The notes beneath the pieces are model-generated. The model searched no databases. It was not told where the DNA came from and saw nothing but the letters and a program-made list of their open reading frames with translations. Of a stretch of 64,000 nucleotides of DNA, positions 51,401 to 64,000 are shown in pieces. The DNA comes from Corallochytrium limacisporum Hawaii. Its lineage: Eukaryota; Protista; Pluriformea. The translations under genes were made by a program, and so were the position numbers. The DNA is taken from assembly GCA_002811645.1 (NCBI GenBank), contig PDIP01000023.1:85439-149438 (forward strand), read 5' to 3'. Position 1 is the stretch's first letter. Each line of letters opens with the position of its first letter.

Positions 51401-54146
51401 TGCGCGGACCTCGACCGACCGGACTGTGTAGACCATAAAGGATGGTGGCAAAGAGGAATATTGGGTGGGGATCTGGGATTCCATGCCGGTAACATTGGCA
51501 AGTCTACCGGGCTTGTGATTTTTTGTGACTGTGTTGGAATGCGGGAGACGGACTCGTTAGGGTTTTGTCGTCCCGTGTACTTTTTTTGCAAACTTGCCGC
51601 TGCGAAGGAGCGGCGAGTGTTCGGTGCCTTGGGGACTTTTCTTTTTGGCTGAATTTTGCGGGTAGGGACCAAGGGGCCGGTGGGGGGAGGGGGGGCGGAG
51701 GGGACACGAACCGAAAAACCAACAGCACCCTTTCCCTCCCCAACCTTCGATGGCATTACCTTGGGTGGACAAGCAATTGATTTGATGCCGTTTCTTCACG
51801 ACTATCGCATAAAAATGAAGAACTTTAATGTGTTTATGCAGTCCCCATCGAATCAGAAAGGACTGTCGGGTTCTGGAGAGTGTGTCCTTCGCTTCTTTTT
51901 TTTTTTTGGATCGAGCTTTCAGTGGTGCGGTGTTGGTTAGATATGGGTTGTGTGGAGTCTCGGGCTAGATATGCTTGCCTCGAGTACATGGTCCAATGAC
52001 TGCTGCTTCCCCGCATGTGGGGCACATGCACAAGTCAAAATATCAAGGGTTTCTGCAGCATCTACTATCGCAGAACATCCATACATGAGTAAAGCACAAG
52101 CATGTACCCAAGTGCCAAACGTGAAACTGTCACACGTCCACTGGGGTACCACGTAAGTGGCACGGAATCACCGTCTGCATCAGATAGACGGCGATGGATA
52201 TAACAGCTCGGAAGCCCATGCCTCCTGCAAGGTGGAACTGCACCCATTTCAGGGCGCCGTTGTGGCTGCCGTTGGGCAGCTGGCCACAATCTCATCTCCC
52301 CGTATTGTGTCATTTTCACTGGAGAGCACGTCGTATGTTGCTGGTGCCTGATTGGATGTACATGAATGGTATCGTTGTACATTCGGTACCTGCTCTACGG
52401 TCCTATCGGCCAGAAGGTCGATCCCACGGACATCTCCCTGTGTGTGTGTTCACCCCAGAACATCATAAAAGCATGCAAAAAATTTTCACGGGAGGACGCA
52501 CTGATTGATGGGGACCGCATGTCCGGCAAGACTGCCCGGGGTTCGCATCCCTAAACTGTCACACACCCAGACGTGGATATGGCGATGCAATTGGGCACGT
52601 CGTTCACCAGCATCAACTTTGGACAACCCGCGAAGCGTCTTACAGACACCTACCTGACCGCTGTTTTTTGCTGACCACGTAGTGATTATGTAGTACTTGC
52701 TGTGTGTTCGTTGTAAGTTGAAATGTTGAAGGAACTTGGACACAGCCGCAAACCACTAAGGACGAGATTAAAGGTGTCTGCAGCAGCCCCCTTGTCAGGA
52801 GAGGCCCACTCAACGATGACGCTCTGACGTTTCGTGGTGCACTCAAGGGGCACCCAAAATGGAGAACAGGGAAAACAAAAAGAGCCAAATCAACCAAAAC
52901 GGCTCAAGGGTCGAAACAGACTAGCGGCAGGAAAGGCAAGTGCAAGCAGCAGTTGGAACGCCAAGTCACTCGGGACCCATGTCCCAGTTAAGCTCTAAGT
53001 CCCCTCAATGGTGATGGACGTAGGTTGGGGGAAAAGTGGGGGGGGGACATGCGAGAGTGATATGTACGTTGGATAGGGTGAGAAGGTATGGACAAGCGAT
53101 TGGGCACTGCGTCAGAAACCATCTGGCTTTTGAACCCCCCCCCCCGGGGGGGGGGGGGACCCCCCCTTCCCTTCCCTTTCGTCGCGGGGCCTCGCACGCG
53201 TGTCAATCGGAANNNNNNNNNNNNNNNNNNNNNNNNNNNNNNNNNNNNNNNNNNNNNNNNNNNNNNNNNNNNNNNNNNNNNNNNNNNNNNNNNNNNNNNN
53301 NNNNNNNNNNCCCCCCCGGGGGGGGGGGGAGACCTCCCCTTCCCTTCCCTTTCGTCGCGGGTCCTCGCACGCGTGTAAATCGGAAAATAATGGGACGAGG
53401 ATGGGTTGGACGAAAAGCCAACACTAAGAAGACCTGACCTTTGTGGGTGCGCGCACACACCAGCACTTTTAAAGTGGGGAAAGAAAAGGGAAGAAAGAGG
53501 GGAGAAGGAAGTTTTGGGGGGAGAGAAGGTTGGGAAGAGAGACACCCCTTTTTATGTTTTCGTGAAAAGTGAGTTTTTCAAGATTTTTTTCGTTGGGTTC
53601 TGGACAAAACACAGACGCACGCCTCGGGGCTATGGGAAGAAAGAGAACGAAAGAAGAGCAAACTAACACGAGACCCGAGGGAAGGGGGGGGGAGGGGAGA
53701 GAGAGTGTGTGTGTGTGTTGGGAGTACAAAGCGAAAAGCAAAATGGTTTTAATGGAGAGAATTGGGGAGGGCCCGGGGGGGGGACAAGGGGAAAAGTTGG
53801 CAGTGGAAAATAAAGCCGACAGAATGGAAAGGAAAAGAGGCAAGTGTTAAAGAAAGGGGTGGGGGAGGAAGCAGCAGTGCGAAGCATCTGTACATGTGCG
53901 AAGTCATACTTATGGCTGACATCAGATAGATTAAGAAGGCAGAACATGGAACCGGGTGAAGAGACATTGATGTTACAAGCAACGCTGAAAGGGAGATGGA
54001 CCAAGTCGGTTACGGAGTGTATATGTATGTATGGAACTATGGCACATGGATGTCTATTGAATTATGCTATTGAATGTGGAATGGATTTGTGTTATGCTCT
54101 GGTGATCTGGTTTTGTTTCTGTTGGGTTTTTTATACTCAAAGCCCT

Positions 54147-55522
54147 CTACTGTTGCTGCTGCTGCAGGAACTGCAGGTGGCTAGTGGTGTACAGGTAGTT
54201 GCCCTGTGCGTCCTTAACGTTGAAGCACACCATACGCACGGGAACCTTGACACCGCTGGTGGATTTGAGAGTGACGTTGCACTCCCAGGCGCCGTGTCCG
54301 CCGAGTAGACTGGCAGCGTGAATGAACATGAAGCGTTCGAGATCCCGCTCGTTCTCAATCATGTCAAAGACAAAGTTCGACTTCGAACCGTCGAGCTTCA
54401 GGTCAAGCAGGCCCTGGATGACCTCGCCGCAATGGACCACACCGCTGAACATATCCCATGCCAAGCTAAAGCTACGCTGGGAAGGTCCCACGGAAGGGGT
54501 GTACTCGTCGACGACAATCGACGAGAAGCTCTTCTTCATGTCTTCAAAGATGTTCTTGAGCATAGTCATCTCGTCGAGAATGTAGTTCTGGACGAGCTTC
54601 TGCCTGTTGGCGTTGCCGCTGCTGCGTTCGTTCACGGTAGAGCGCAGCAGGTTCACAATGTTGCGGACCAGAGAGTAGAGATCTGGGCGCCGGCAGGCGA
54701 TGATGCCTGTTGGAGCTTGATGCTTCCGGCAATTCCAGCAACATTGCGTCCGCTCTGGGAGTTAGTGTCGAGAATGACATCCATGGCGGATTCCTCGAGG
54801 GCAGCATGAGAAATGTGCACCTTCTCGTTCATGGCCGCAGGTCCAGTTTCAGTCTTGAAGAAGCTTTCGAGCTCCTCGAGCAGGGGCAGCTCCATCTCTC
54901 CCATTGGGGAGGTCTGGGCGCTGAGCATAGAGCGCTCGTCGAGCAGGCTGTCTAAAGGGCTGGCCACATGAAAGGAATCCATGGGTGATGAGCTCATAAA
55001 CCCCTCATCTGGGGAAAACATGTTCTGTTTTGGGGGTTGCTGAAAAAGATTTGCGTTGGCGGCCTCGAAGTTCTTGAGGCGAGCGATCAGGGCGTCAGCA
55101 GTCGCCCGAGTCTCCTCGGAAGTGTTAATATCGGAAATGTCAATGCCGTAGTGCTTGCACTGGTCGGCCAGGGTCATAATTTCCTTGACGATCTTCTTCC
55201 TGCGTCCGCGCTTCTTCTTTTCGGGGTCGCGGCAGCGGTCGCAGACATCGAGGCGGATACACCGTCCACAGGGGCGTTGACCATCGCAGGCGCGGTGGGC
55301 AAGCTTGCAGACAACGCAGGCGATAGCCTGTTCTTCGGAGTTCTTGGTTTCGCTCTTCATCTTGGGGGACTTGCGCAGCTGTGAATCGTCCTTATCGGCG
55401 GGTTTCACGGCCGGCTTTTCCTCTTGCTTCACTTCGATCTGCTGCTGCAACGGCATATCGAAGCCTGTGAAGCCCTGTAGGAAGGGCTTCGGCTCGTACT
55501 GTTGTCCATAAATCTGGCACAT
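54147..55522 (-). CDS. Zn(II)2Cys6 transcription factor with PAS-like C-terminus (Rds2/Ert1-like layout), split by one frameshift near 54710
   Basis: ACVVCKLAHRACDGQRPCGRCIRLDVCDRC plus basic linker. The second frame is open from just after a TAA near 54762 and reads TGIIACRRPDLYSLVRNIVNLLRS into ORF 54147-54656. Confidence 0.8.
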
Positions 55523-57133
55523 TGTGAATGTCTAAAATCTGTAAGTCATGGGTTGTTGAAGATAACACTTGGTCGGATGCCTGTGACGGAATCCACGTTA
55601 ATTATTGTTTCGATCTCTTTTATACCAGTATGTTGTATCTCTTACAAACATTGCGCTTCCTATTTCTTCCGTGTGCCGTGTCCAAGTTGCTGGTTGGGCG
55701 CGTAATGGGTTCCAACGGCCACACTAATATTCTTGCAAACTCGTTTCCCCCCTCTTGTTGCAAATCGGGTGCGTCTCTTGTTTTGGCGGGTGTGTGTGTC
55801 TCTTCATATACACATATATACATTTTGAACTTTTTTTTTCTTATCTCCAGAGCTTGTCCCCCCTACCCCTCCCCCCCCCCTTGGTCGCTGATGCCAGGCC
55901 CTCCCCAGACCTTGGTACTTTTTTTTTGTGTCTTTTCCCCTTCCTTTCCCCCCTTCCCCCGGCGCCCCATAGTCGGGTTTTCTATACTTTCTGTATTTGT
56001 TTGGAGATTCCCTATTTTCCTCTTCCATTCCAGTTTCTAGGTATACGTTACAGCACTGGCCAACCAAACCGTTTCCCCGAGAGGGTACCCCCCTTTCCCC
56101 CCCCTCCTTCCTTCCTTTCTGCNNNNNNNNNNNNNNNNNNNNNNNNNNNNNNNNNNNNNNNNNNNNNNNNNNNNNNNNNNNNNNNNNNNNNNNNNNNNNN
56201 NNNNNNNNNNNNNNNNNNNNNNNNNNNNNNNNNNNNNNNNNNNNNNNNNNNNNNNNNNNNNNNNNNNNNNNNNNNNNNNNNNNNNNNNNNNNNNNNNNNN
56301 NNNNNNNNNNNNNNNNNNNNNNNNNNNNNNNNNNNNNNNNNNNNNNNNNNNNNNNNNNNNNNNNNNNNNNNNNNNNNNNNNNNNNNNNNNNNNNNNNCCT
56401 CCGCCCTCCCCTCCTCTCCCCCATTCTTTCCCCGGGGAGGTGCCCCCCTTCCTTTGATGGTTTCTCTCTCCCTTCCTCTTGTCTCTTTGCCCCGGCCCCC
56501 CTGAATTCTCTCACTGTCTGGGCGAAACACGTTCCAGCCGGTCCTCACCGTTTGCAAAGACACCACCAGACAGCCAAAGCAGCAAGTTTCAGCATGCTTC
56601 TGTGATTTGAGACAGCGGCGATTCCCCGTTACGTATACATTTCCGTGTATTTCGACATGGGTCTCTGGATGCTGCGCTGCCACTCTTCAGGAATCAATCC
56701 TAACGGCGACACCAATCAAACATGTGAAGCATTGGCTATGGTCCCAATCGTCGCCAGTGGCAAGGAGTACACAACAACACGGCAGGGCGGTGATGGTGAG
56801 TGACAGTGTCGGTACGTTGTGTTGCAACTGTGCAATTGGTGAATGTGGCAGCAGCGGTAGATTCCTCTTGACATTGGGTTCTTCCATTTTCCTCCCGGTC
56901 TCTCTAATCTTCCTCAACATGTTTGCTATTGATATTTTGGTGTCGCGCATTCCTTCATACTTAACTGTCCAGAAATCACTGGGACCGTGTGGTGATCCGG
57001 ATCAGTATTTCTGATCATGACATTGATGAAGGATCTCAATATTCAGATCCATACTTTTATTATAAGCTAAGCGCTTCCGGCAGCCGACGGGGGGAAAGGG
57101 GGGAGAGGGGGGAAACGAGGTCCCCTGCGGCCG

Positions 57134-57135
<2 letters not shown>

Positions 57136-57203
<68 letters not shown>
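57136..57203. repeat. (TC)n microsatellite with one interruption
   Basis: Directly visible. Confidence 0.92.
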
Positions 57204-57210
<7 letters not shown>

Positions 57211-58841
57211 CCTCCTGCTCTTCCCCCCTCTCCCCAAACGTTTCCTTTCCAATTCCCACCGATACTTTAAGGTTTAAGGTGCACCAGTGCAGCAGGGTGG
57301 CTCATAACTTTTTCGGCTATCCATCGTGGGTCCGTATACCCGGAGTTGACTTCGAGGATTCTGCGTTTCACTGCTCCCACAGCGCCTGCATCGCTGGGGG
57401 GGGGGGCATTGTCTGAGGGTTTACACCGAAACTCTCTGCTGCAGTTTCTGGTGCAGCAAATAGAAAAAAAAAATTGGGGTGTAAATGGAGGGGGGCGTGT
57501 CAGGTAGAAGAAAAACGGAAAATGTGTGTCACCCCTCGGTCACTCCGCGCCGTTACCGGTCTGCAGGGATGCGTCTGAATTTTTTTCACCAAAGTTCCCT
57601 TCTTTGGCTATCGGGATGAAAGCTCTCCCGAAAACTTTTCACGATGGCACGGGATACGCACAGCATGTGGTTGAGATTCATTGGTCATTAGCCCCTCCTC
57701 TGGTCTTCCAACTGCTACATAATGCTGAAGCTGCGTTCCTGCTGCTGTTGTTGAGCATTGGTCCGTCTTACCATCAATTTTTCTTCAACCAGTATGTTCT
57801 TGCCCTCAGTATTCTTATTCACATTGTGTAATGTACAGAGATACGCCCCATGAATTCTGGAGTGGAGAGACCCATTCATTGGTAAGCGGAGCCATGCCGG
57901 GCCGACCATCGTTCTGGAACGATTTTGTTCAGATGTTCGCCTGTTTCGCACCCGGTAGCCTGCAACCCCCCCCCTCCCTCTCTCTCTCTCTCTCCCGCTC
58001 TCTCTCTCTCTCTCCCGATCTCTCTCTGGACCTCTTCTCTTTTCTAACATAAGAGCAGCCTTTACCTCGGTGTTTATTTCCTCGCGAGGATACTGACTGT
58101 GGCTTTTGGTTGTAGCGAACAGCTCTATACCGCAGATCTCGAACCCCCCCTCCCCTTCTTTTCGTCTGTGGCCCACCACCACCCCACTTATCGCCGTTAT
58201 CCTCTTCTGTCGCTCTCTGATCCCTTCCTGTCACTTCGCAGTTGTGTTTTGGTCGGCTACACGTCCTCACTGCATCGAGACTCTTCCGTTGGCAAAGTCA
58301 ACACACGTGCCACTCTCGACCTCACTTGCCTTGAAATTGAAATGTTTCACAGACGCCATCGTTGCAAAGTACAGGACCCCGACAACGCCTTCAGTACCAT
58401 ACAATTAGTACCAGAATTGAGCACTGGCTATGGGGGCGGAGGGGGCTGACACCCTGAACGCAGTGAGTCATGAACCCGATGGATCAGCTGCGGATGGCCG
58501 TTCCCTTTCTGTAAAAGTCTCGATATCAATACAGCCGAGCCCCTTGTTGTGTGTAGAGGCTGGGTGAGATGGTGTGCAGCATCGCGCACGCAATGGCCCT
58601 CCCCAACCACCACCAGCAGTCTCAGCCGTTCGGATTCGATGCAGCCTATTATCTTATACTTAATATATTGGATTTTTATCTGAGTTCATTGTTTCCTGGC
58701 ATAACGGTTGACTTCATTTCCAAGAACCCGTGAGGAGATGGAAAGCGATGATATCGCGAGCTGTGTGCATTACGAGAATTAGCAGTATGTATATCATATG
58801 TGGCAATACTCACACAACGCGTCCCATGGCGCCTCGGTACA

Positions 58842-59090
58842 CCTCAAGATAGGTTGACAACAGTGGGTCCGTCCCTAAAACAGCACGGTAACAGCTGGTA
58901 CATTTAACATTGGCTGCGTTCGCTGCACGAGGCCAGGGCATCGCGACCCGCAGAAGATGTTTGGTTTTGAGGGGGGGGAGGGGAGAGGGAGGGGGACCAA
59001 AATATACCCCCCGAATAAAAAACCCTCAAGATAGGTAAGGCAACAGTGGTCCCGTCCCAAAAACAGCACGGCAACAATTAGTACATTCAC
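58842..59090. repeat. Imperfect direct repeat (~65 bp, two copies ~182 bp apart)
   Basis: CCTCAAGATAGGT..CAACAGTGG..CCGTCCC.AAAACAGCACGG.AACA..GTACATT starts at 58842 and again at 59024. Confidence 0.8.
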
Positions 59091-60077
59091 TATATCACTA
59101 TAATGTTCCACGTGTGGGCGGCTTCCTGCCCTTTTTCTCAAGAGCAACCACGAACACTGTGCTGCACTGTGTGGCCTTAGAAGGCAAATTGGTAGTGTTA
59201 CTACTACCACTGCAGAACTCGATGCGCCGATGCCTGCGTGTTGGAACAACACATTGCCGCTTTGGATGACCCTCCCTCTTCCCCACAACTCGTTCTGTGA
59301 GGCCACCCTTCCTCCACGCCCCGGCGGGGTTGGTTCGGTCGGGAATCCGCAAACAGTGCTTGGAAGAGCTTTCCGTATAAATGAATTCGGTGCACTTGCC
59401 GTTACTGGCTGGAGGAAGAAGAAAAAGCGGGAGATATTTGGCCTCGGTGGTGCGAGGCACCATGTCGGGCTTCGGTGGTCTCACTCACCCCCAGGGACGG
59501 CCTATCCAGACGTCGATATGGGCCAGGCCAAGATAGACTATTACACAGTTACACTATAGACCAGAGACGGTTCACGCGGAGGAGAAGGGGGGATTGGGGG
59601 GACCCCGGGTTCGCACGGAAATCAGAACGGCCACCCAGAGACTTGGACAAGTTGGCCAATACTCGAGAAATTGCACCTTCAAACAATACCCAGGGATCGC
59701 GATCAAAGAGTTGTAGAGACCGGAACAGATAAAGTCTGATTAACCGCTGTACCACTAAAAACTGATTTGGGCTAGGGAAGCGAGAAAGAGTCAGCGGCGG
59801 TAGATAGAGAGGGGAGGAGCAGCAAAGAAAAAGGTTTCAATGTTTAAAAAAATAGAAGGGGGAGGGAGANNNNNNNNNNNNNNNNNNNNNNNNNNNNNNN
59901 NNNNNNNNNNNNNNNNNNNNNNNNNNNNNNNNNNNNNNNNNNNNNNNNNNNNNNNNNNNNNNNNNNNNNNNNNNNNNNNNNNNNNNNNNNNNNNNNNNNN
60001 NNNNNNNNNNNNNNNNNNNNNNNNNNNNNNNNGGGGGGGGTGGTAAGAAGAGAGTGGGCGGGGAAGTATAGGGGGTG

Positions 60078-60111
60078 ATATGCGCGCGCACACACACACA
60101 CACACACACAT
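60078..60111. repeat. (GC)n-(AC)n alternating purine-pyrimidine tract
   Basis: ATATGCGCGCGCACACAC...ACAT. Confidence 0.85.
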
Positions 60112-63100
60112 CCCTTCTCCCCTGGCTGCTTTGTTTTGACTACTCCTGGCTGACATTACCCGGGGAAAGGATCATTCCGTCGATGATAGGGAGAACCGGT
60201 ACCTTAAGAGCAAAAAGGAACAACAAAAGAGCGAAAAATAGACGGAAAAGCGAATGGGCCCTTGTGAGTTCGAGCGAGCGAGAGAGCGAGCGAGAGAGTT
60301 TCTGGAAGCCGAAAGGGTGATACAATGGTGACCACGCGAGAGTGGAGCCCCTTACGTGGGAGAGGAGCCGCGCAAGTGTGAGAGACAGCGTTGGCAAACT
60401 AACATGGTGAGAGAGCGAGAGTCGGGCATGGGGTGCGAGAACAAAAAGAAATAAGGCCACACACACACACACACACACAGGCAAAAGTACCGAGAGGTTG
60501 TGAAACTATAAGTGTGTGTGTATGTTTAAATTACTGTGTGACGAGACGGAAGGGAGCGTGCAAGAGTTTCGCATGAAACTACGAGTTTGGGGCTCGTGTA
60601 CCGAGACACGAAACTTCAGTTCTCTTGTATACTTTGCTTATGACGTAGGGTCCATGAGTACTGAACAGATCCAAAGACTATATTGAGGCATTGCGGAGGG
60701 TAGGGAATTTTAAAACTGTTGTGTTGTGACTCGCAGGTTATCACATCGTGCTCCCGCAGCCAAGATACCAGAGAATCGGAGCAGTGTTCTCTCTCATGAC
60801 ATTTTACGTCATATATTTACTATAAAGATCTGGGTCTTGATCGTGGAGATCGTATAATGATCTTCTCTAGAAAATAAACATTCTGACCTCAGCCAGAATA
60901 TGAAAACGCCAACGGCTCTCTGAAGAGCCTCGCTATTCGGTCGGGTTTAAGGCTTCCACATAGATCCCCTCGGTACCCACATAGAGTCGCTATTTTTGTA
61001 GAGAATGAATGGGCCCATGGGCACTCCAGTTTCTCACAACTGACATTGGCAGAGAGCCTGGTTCTGTGGTGCATATGTTCGACATGGGCCAGAGATCTTT
61101 TGCCCCTCGTTTTGCCATTAATACGCCTCGTTTGAGGACTCGACTGCTGCGTCAATAAACAGAACACGTTCGAAGCATTCGCGCTGGGGGGGGGGGGGGA
61201 AAGGACAACAGAAACAGCAAAACATATAAGAAATAGGGCAATAATCTCCATAGACTTAGTATAAAGAGCATACAAAGTGTAATACATACCAAGCTGTAGT
61301 CTGCGAGAATCCCGATCTCGGCAAATATATACCGAATCTCACAGCGCACGCATGGCACAAGCGGTCGTGCAATATCCTTGGTACGTATAGCAACGAAGTA
61401 CTGCTATTGGGTGTGCTTTCCCCGCACAAGTGATAGTGTTCCATGAAAAGCAGCAGGTGGTGCGTTGATGCGTCACAGAGAACCAACAGAACACTGCACT
61501 TACCGAATGGAATAGCATTCGGACAACAACCTGCTTAGTAAGCCATAGCCGTGCGTTGTTCGTGTGGGTCTTCAATTTGCCGGAACAATGACGTTTAGCA
61601 TGACGACCCCATCCCAAGGCTATGGCGTTAGCAGTTTTCCCCACATCCACTCAACCCCTGAACGCGGCCACGCCCATCGTCCTTTCAGCTGTCTTCAGCA
61701 TGCTTATGTGTTCCACAAGACATCAATCTCACTACTCGATCACCTAACCAGATACTCATCAGTTTCAAGCATTGATCGACAGAGAAGCACATGCACTGGC
61801 AGCGGTCTTCATAGCAATGAGATCCCACATGTACTACCGGGCATGGCAGGTTGGCGGCCGATGCCTCTGTTTACTTGTCGTGGTTGGTGAGGGATCGGAA
61901 GTTGGGCTGACGAGAATGGATCAAACGGATCAAAATCGACCAGACTACCGAAGCGAGGAGGTAGGAGCTACGAACTTGGGACGAAAGCAAGATAAAATTT
62001 GTGATGCAAAGACACCAACCACCGCCAATGCCGCAGACCCACGGTCCCCACCACTTGCTCCACCACCCCACCAGCGCATACATTCGACACCTTGGTTCCC
62101 TTCGCCAGTGTCCCAAAAAAAAAAAAAAAGAAAACAGAAAAACCCCCAAGAATGAAAGTGGTACGGAGGCGTAGACCCCAACACCAGTGCGAGATGTTAC
62201 TGTGTTGTACAGCTTGCAGGTTAGTGGTACAGCAATTGCAAAGGAACGATGATGCGTGGTTTGCACGATTTGTGAACGTGTTCTATAATTGGGTGCCATG
62301 ATGCCTTTCGACACCCCTCAGATAAATTTGTCGTCCCCGAATTGCTCATGAAAATCCTATACAATAGATATCATTGCATAATCTACACCCACGCAGAATA
62401 CTGAATAATCACATCACAAGTATTGGTGAATAAATTCTATACACTCCAATCATCAACCTCGAGCCGGATCAGTTGATTGAATATGTTCCAGTTTGTGGTA
62501 GAATGCTACCGGACAATGTTTGGCCTTATTCTTGGACTACAGCGTGCCGTAGGGGTTATACAGATTTCTAGTGCGGCCCAGAACGAAAATAGGGGAGGGC
62601 CGGTAAGCTCCAGGAAAGAAGGAAGATGAAGTATAAAGGTGGAGTTCCTGAGGTTAGATCTGTGGGTCTTGATCAGACCTACGTTTCTCGGTTTCCTGGT
62701 GATCCTGACTGGGAATCTACCCCGACCCAGGCTTGCCGCGCCGCTGGGTGAGACCAAGAAATCGAACTCTTCAGAGCCTAGAGCATGAACGCACGGGAAA
62801 CACGCCCTCCACCAAAAGTCCCATGTCATTTTGGGGCTTGGTCACGGGGTGGATCGGGTACTGGTCCTCAATTGGTTCTCCTGAAAACCAGAACGTGTGC
62901 CTTGAATCCCTGGCGAGTAATAGGCATGATAAGTTTTATTTTGAGGATCAAAAACGAATAAACTGAAGAAATTGTTCAGGGGTTGGCAGCAGAGGGACGA
63001 CATTTTTGCAAGGGTGCATTCTGATGCGAAAAAAAATAGTGAATTAGTCAGTGCAGTCACTATGTCCTAGGGGTTTGGACCTTTGTGGGCAGCCTGTCGG

Positions 63101-64000
63101 ACAAGGTGGGGTACTACGTGAACGAAAGTGTCGGGGAAGGGTTGGCTCGGTGGTGCAGCTCCGTTCTCGCGCTCTTGTAATAGTTTCAGTACTATCATGT
63201 GTCTACTGATGGTCTTGCCCTTTTGAGGTAATAGCGATCTCTTCCAGAGTTCAGCCATTCCCCTGGGCCAGGGCGCAAAGCGTTCCCTCATTTTCATTCG
63301 AATGTTGAGGGGGTGTTCCATGCGGTTGGTGACCGATGGTTCCCGAAGAAAAAAAAAATAACATCGTCAGTTTGTCGCCCTCGCAGATTATATAGGCATT
63401 TGGTGCCGTATGACGCAGCCGGAGTTGTGAGAGGAATGGGACAGGGGCAAGGGGATCGACCCCTGTCCAACATCATCATGTGGTGGGGCTGCCCAGCTGT
63501 CGTCAAATACTGATAAAATTTTCAGCCGAATGCATCATGCAGGAACCAATGCTGCAGCACGAACCCTCAAAGTCTGCTGAACAAGTCAAACGAGTGACAA
63601 CTCATCGGCGCTACGCTACGTAGCATAGAAAATGAAACTAGATCAAAATAGTTAACCGGTAGCAAACATATCTCTCATATCTCCAACACCAAACTATATT
63701 AAAGGATTTGTGGATTTGTTGTGGGTTGTGTAGTTCGTATTCTCGACCATTGAGCACCTATCGAATCAAGAAAAAAAAACTAGATTTCCCAAGGGATGAT
63801 GTATTGTCCAGGCTTTACGCCGCGCAATTTCCCATTAATTCTTGGGATCTGACGCGACGAGGAGACCCCACAGGTAAGGAACCCCTCCCGTTACACGGAA
63901 TACTTCTCTTTCACGTATTGCTCATACTCTTGCGGCTTGGTCCATAGCTATTGTGTGCTGCTTTCCATTCATTCCATATTTCATACAGCTAATTCTTGAA

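Noticed and set aside
53134-53385. Same ~75-bp sequence on both sides of an N gap
   Set aside because: Probably unmerged overlapping contig ends rather than a true repeat.
54757-54820. Branch-point-like CACTAAC...CCCAG in the Zn2Cys6 gene
   Set aside because: No GT donor in the phase needed to restore the frame, and the segment has coding-like codon usage.
44732-60484. Many short ORFs with CV, HT, SL or ER repeats, or spanning N gaps
   Set aside because: Translations of microsatellites and assembly gaps.
1-64000. tRNA, rRNA, snRNA, CRISPR array, transposase or reverse transcriptase
   Set aside because: No supporting motif or structure found by eye; a covariance-model scan would be needed to exclude small RNAs.

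Overview
Eukaryotic nuclear DNA, gene-dense from 0 to 44.7 kb. It holds 22 protein-coding genes plus one pseudogene, and none needs an intron inside its CDS. The gene mix is an animal-like RhoA, DP, MKLP1-type kinesin-6, zyxin-type LIM, SYAP1, RABL3 and PUF60, alongside a fungal-type Zn2Cys6 factor and an NRPS-like reductase. This points to an intron-poor unicellular opisthokont, probably a holozoan such as a Corallochytrium-like organism (inference). All protein calls come from recalled family motifs, not database searches. Main observations: (1) a strand-specific MAG|GTAYTT-like element sits a near-fixed ~128-150 nt upstream of the ATG in about half the genes; (2) a flagellar N-DRC gene (CCDC65/DRC2) is decaying by deletions; (3) a kinesin-6 has lost all three nucleotide-handling motifs; (4) an ATRR-like NRPS has an unusual dead-TE-A-T-T-R architecture; (5) two otherwise intact genes carry single frameshifts. 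Promoters are GC-rich islands with C-run/G-run palindromes. Four N gaps (19942-20157, 53213-53310, 56123-56397, 59870-60031) all lie in G/C-run regions. No tRNA, rRNA, CRISPR array or recognisable transposon ORF was found.
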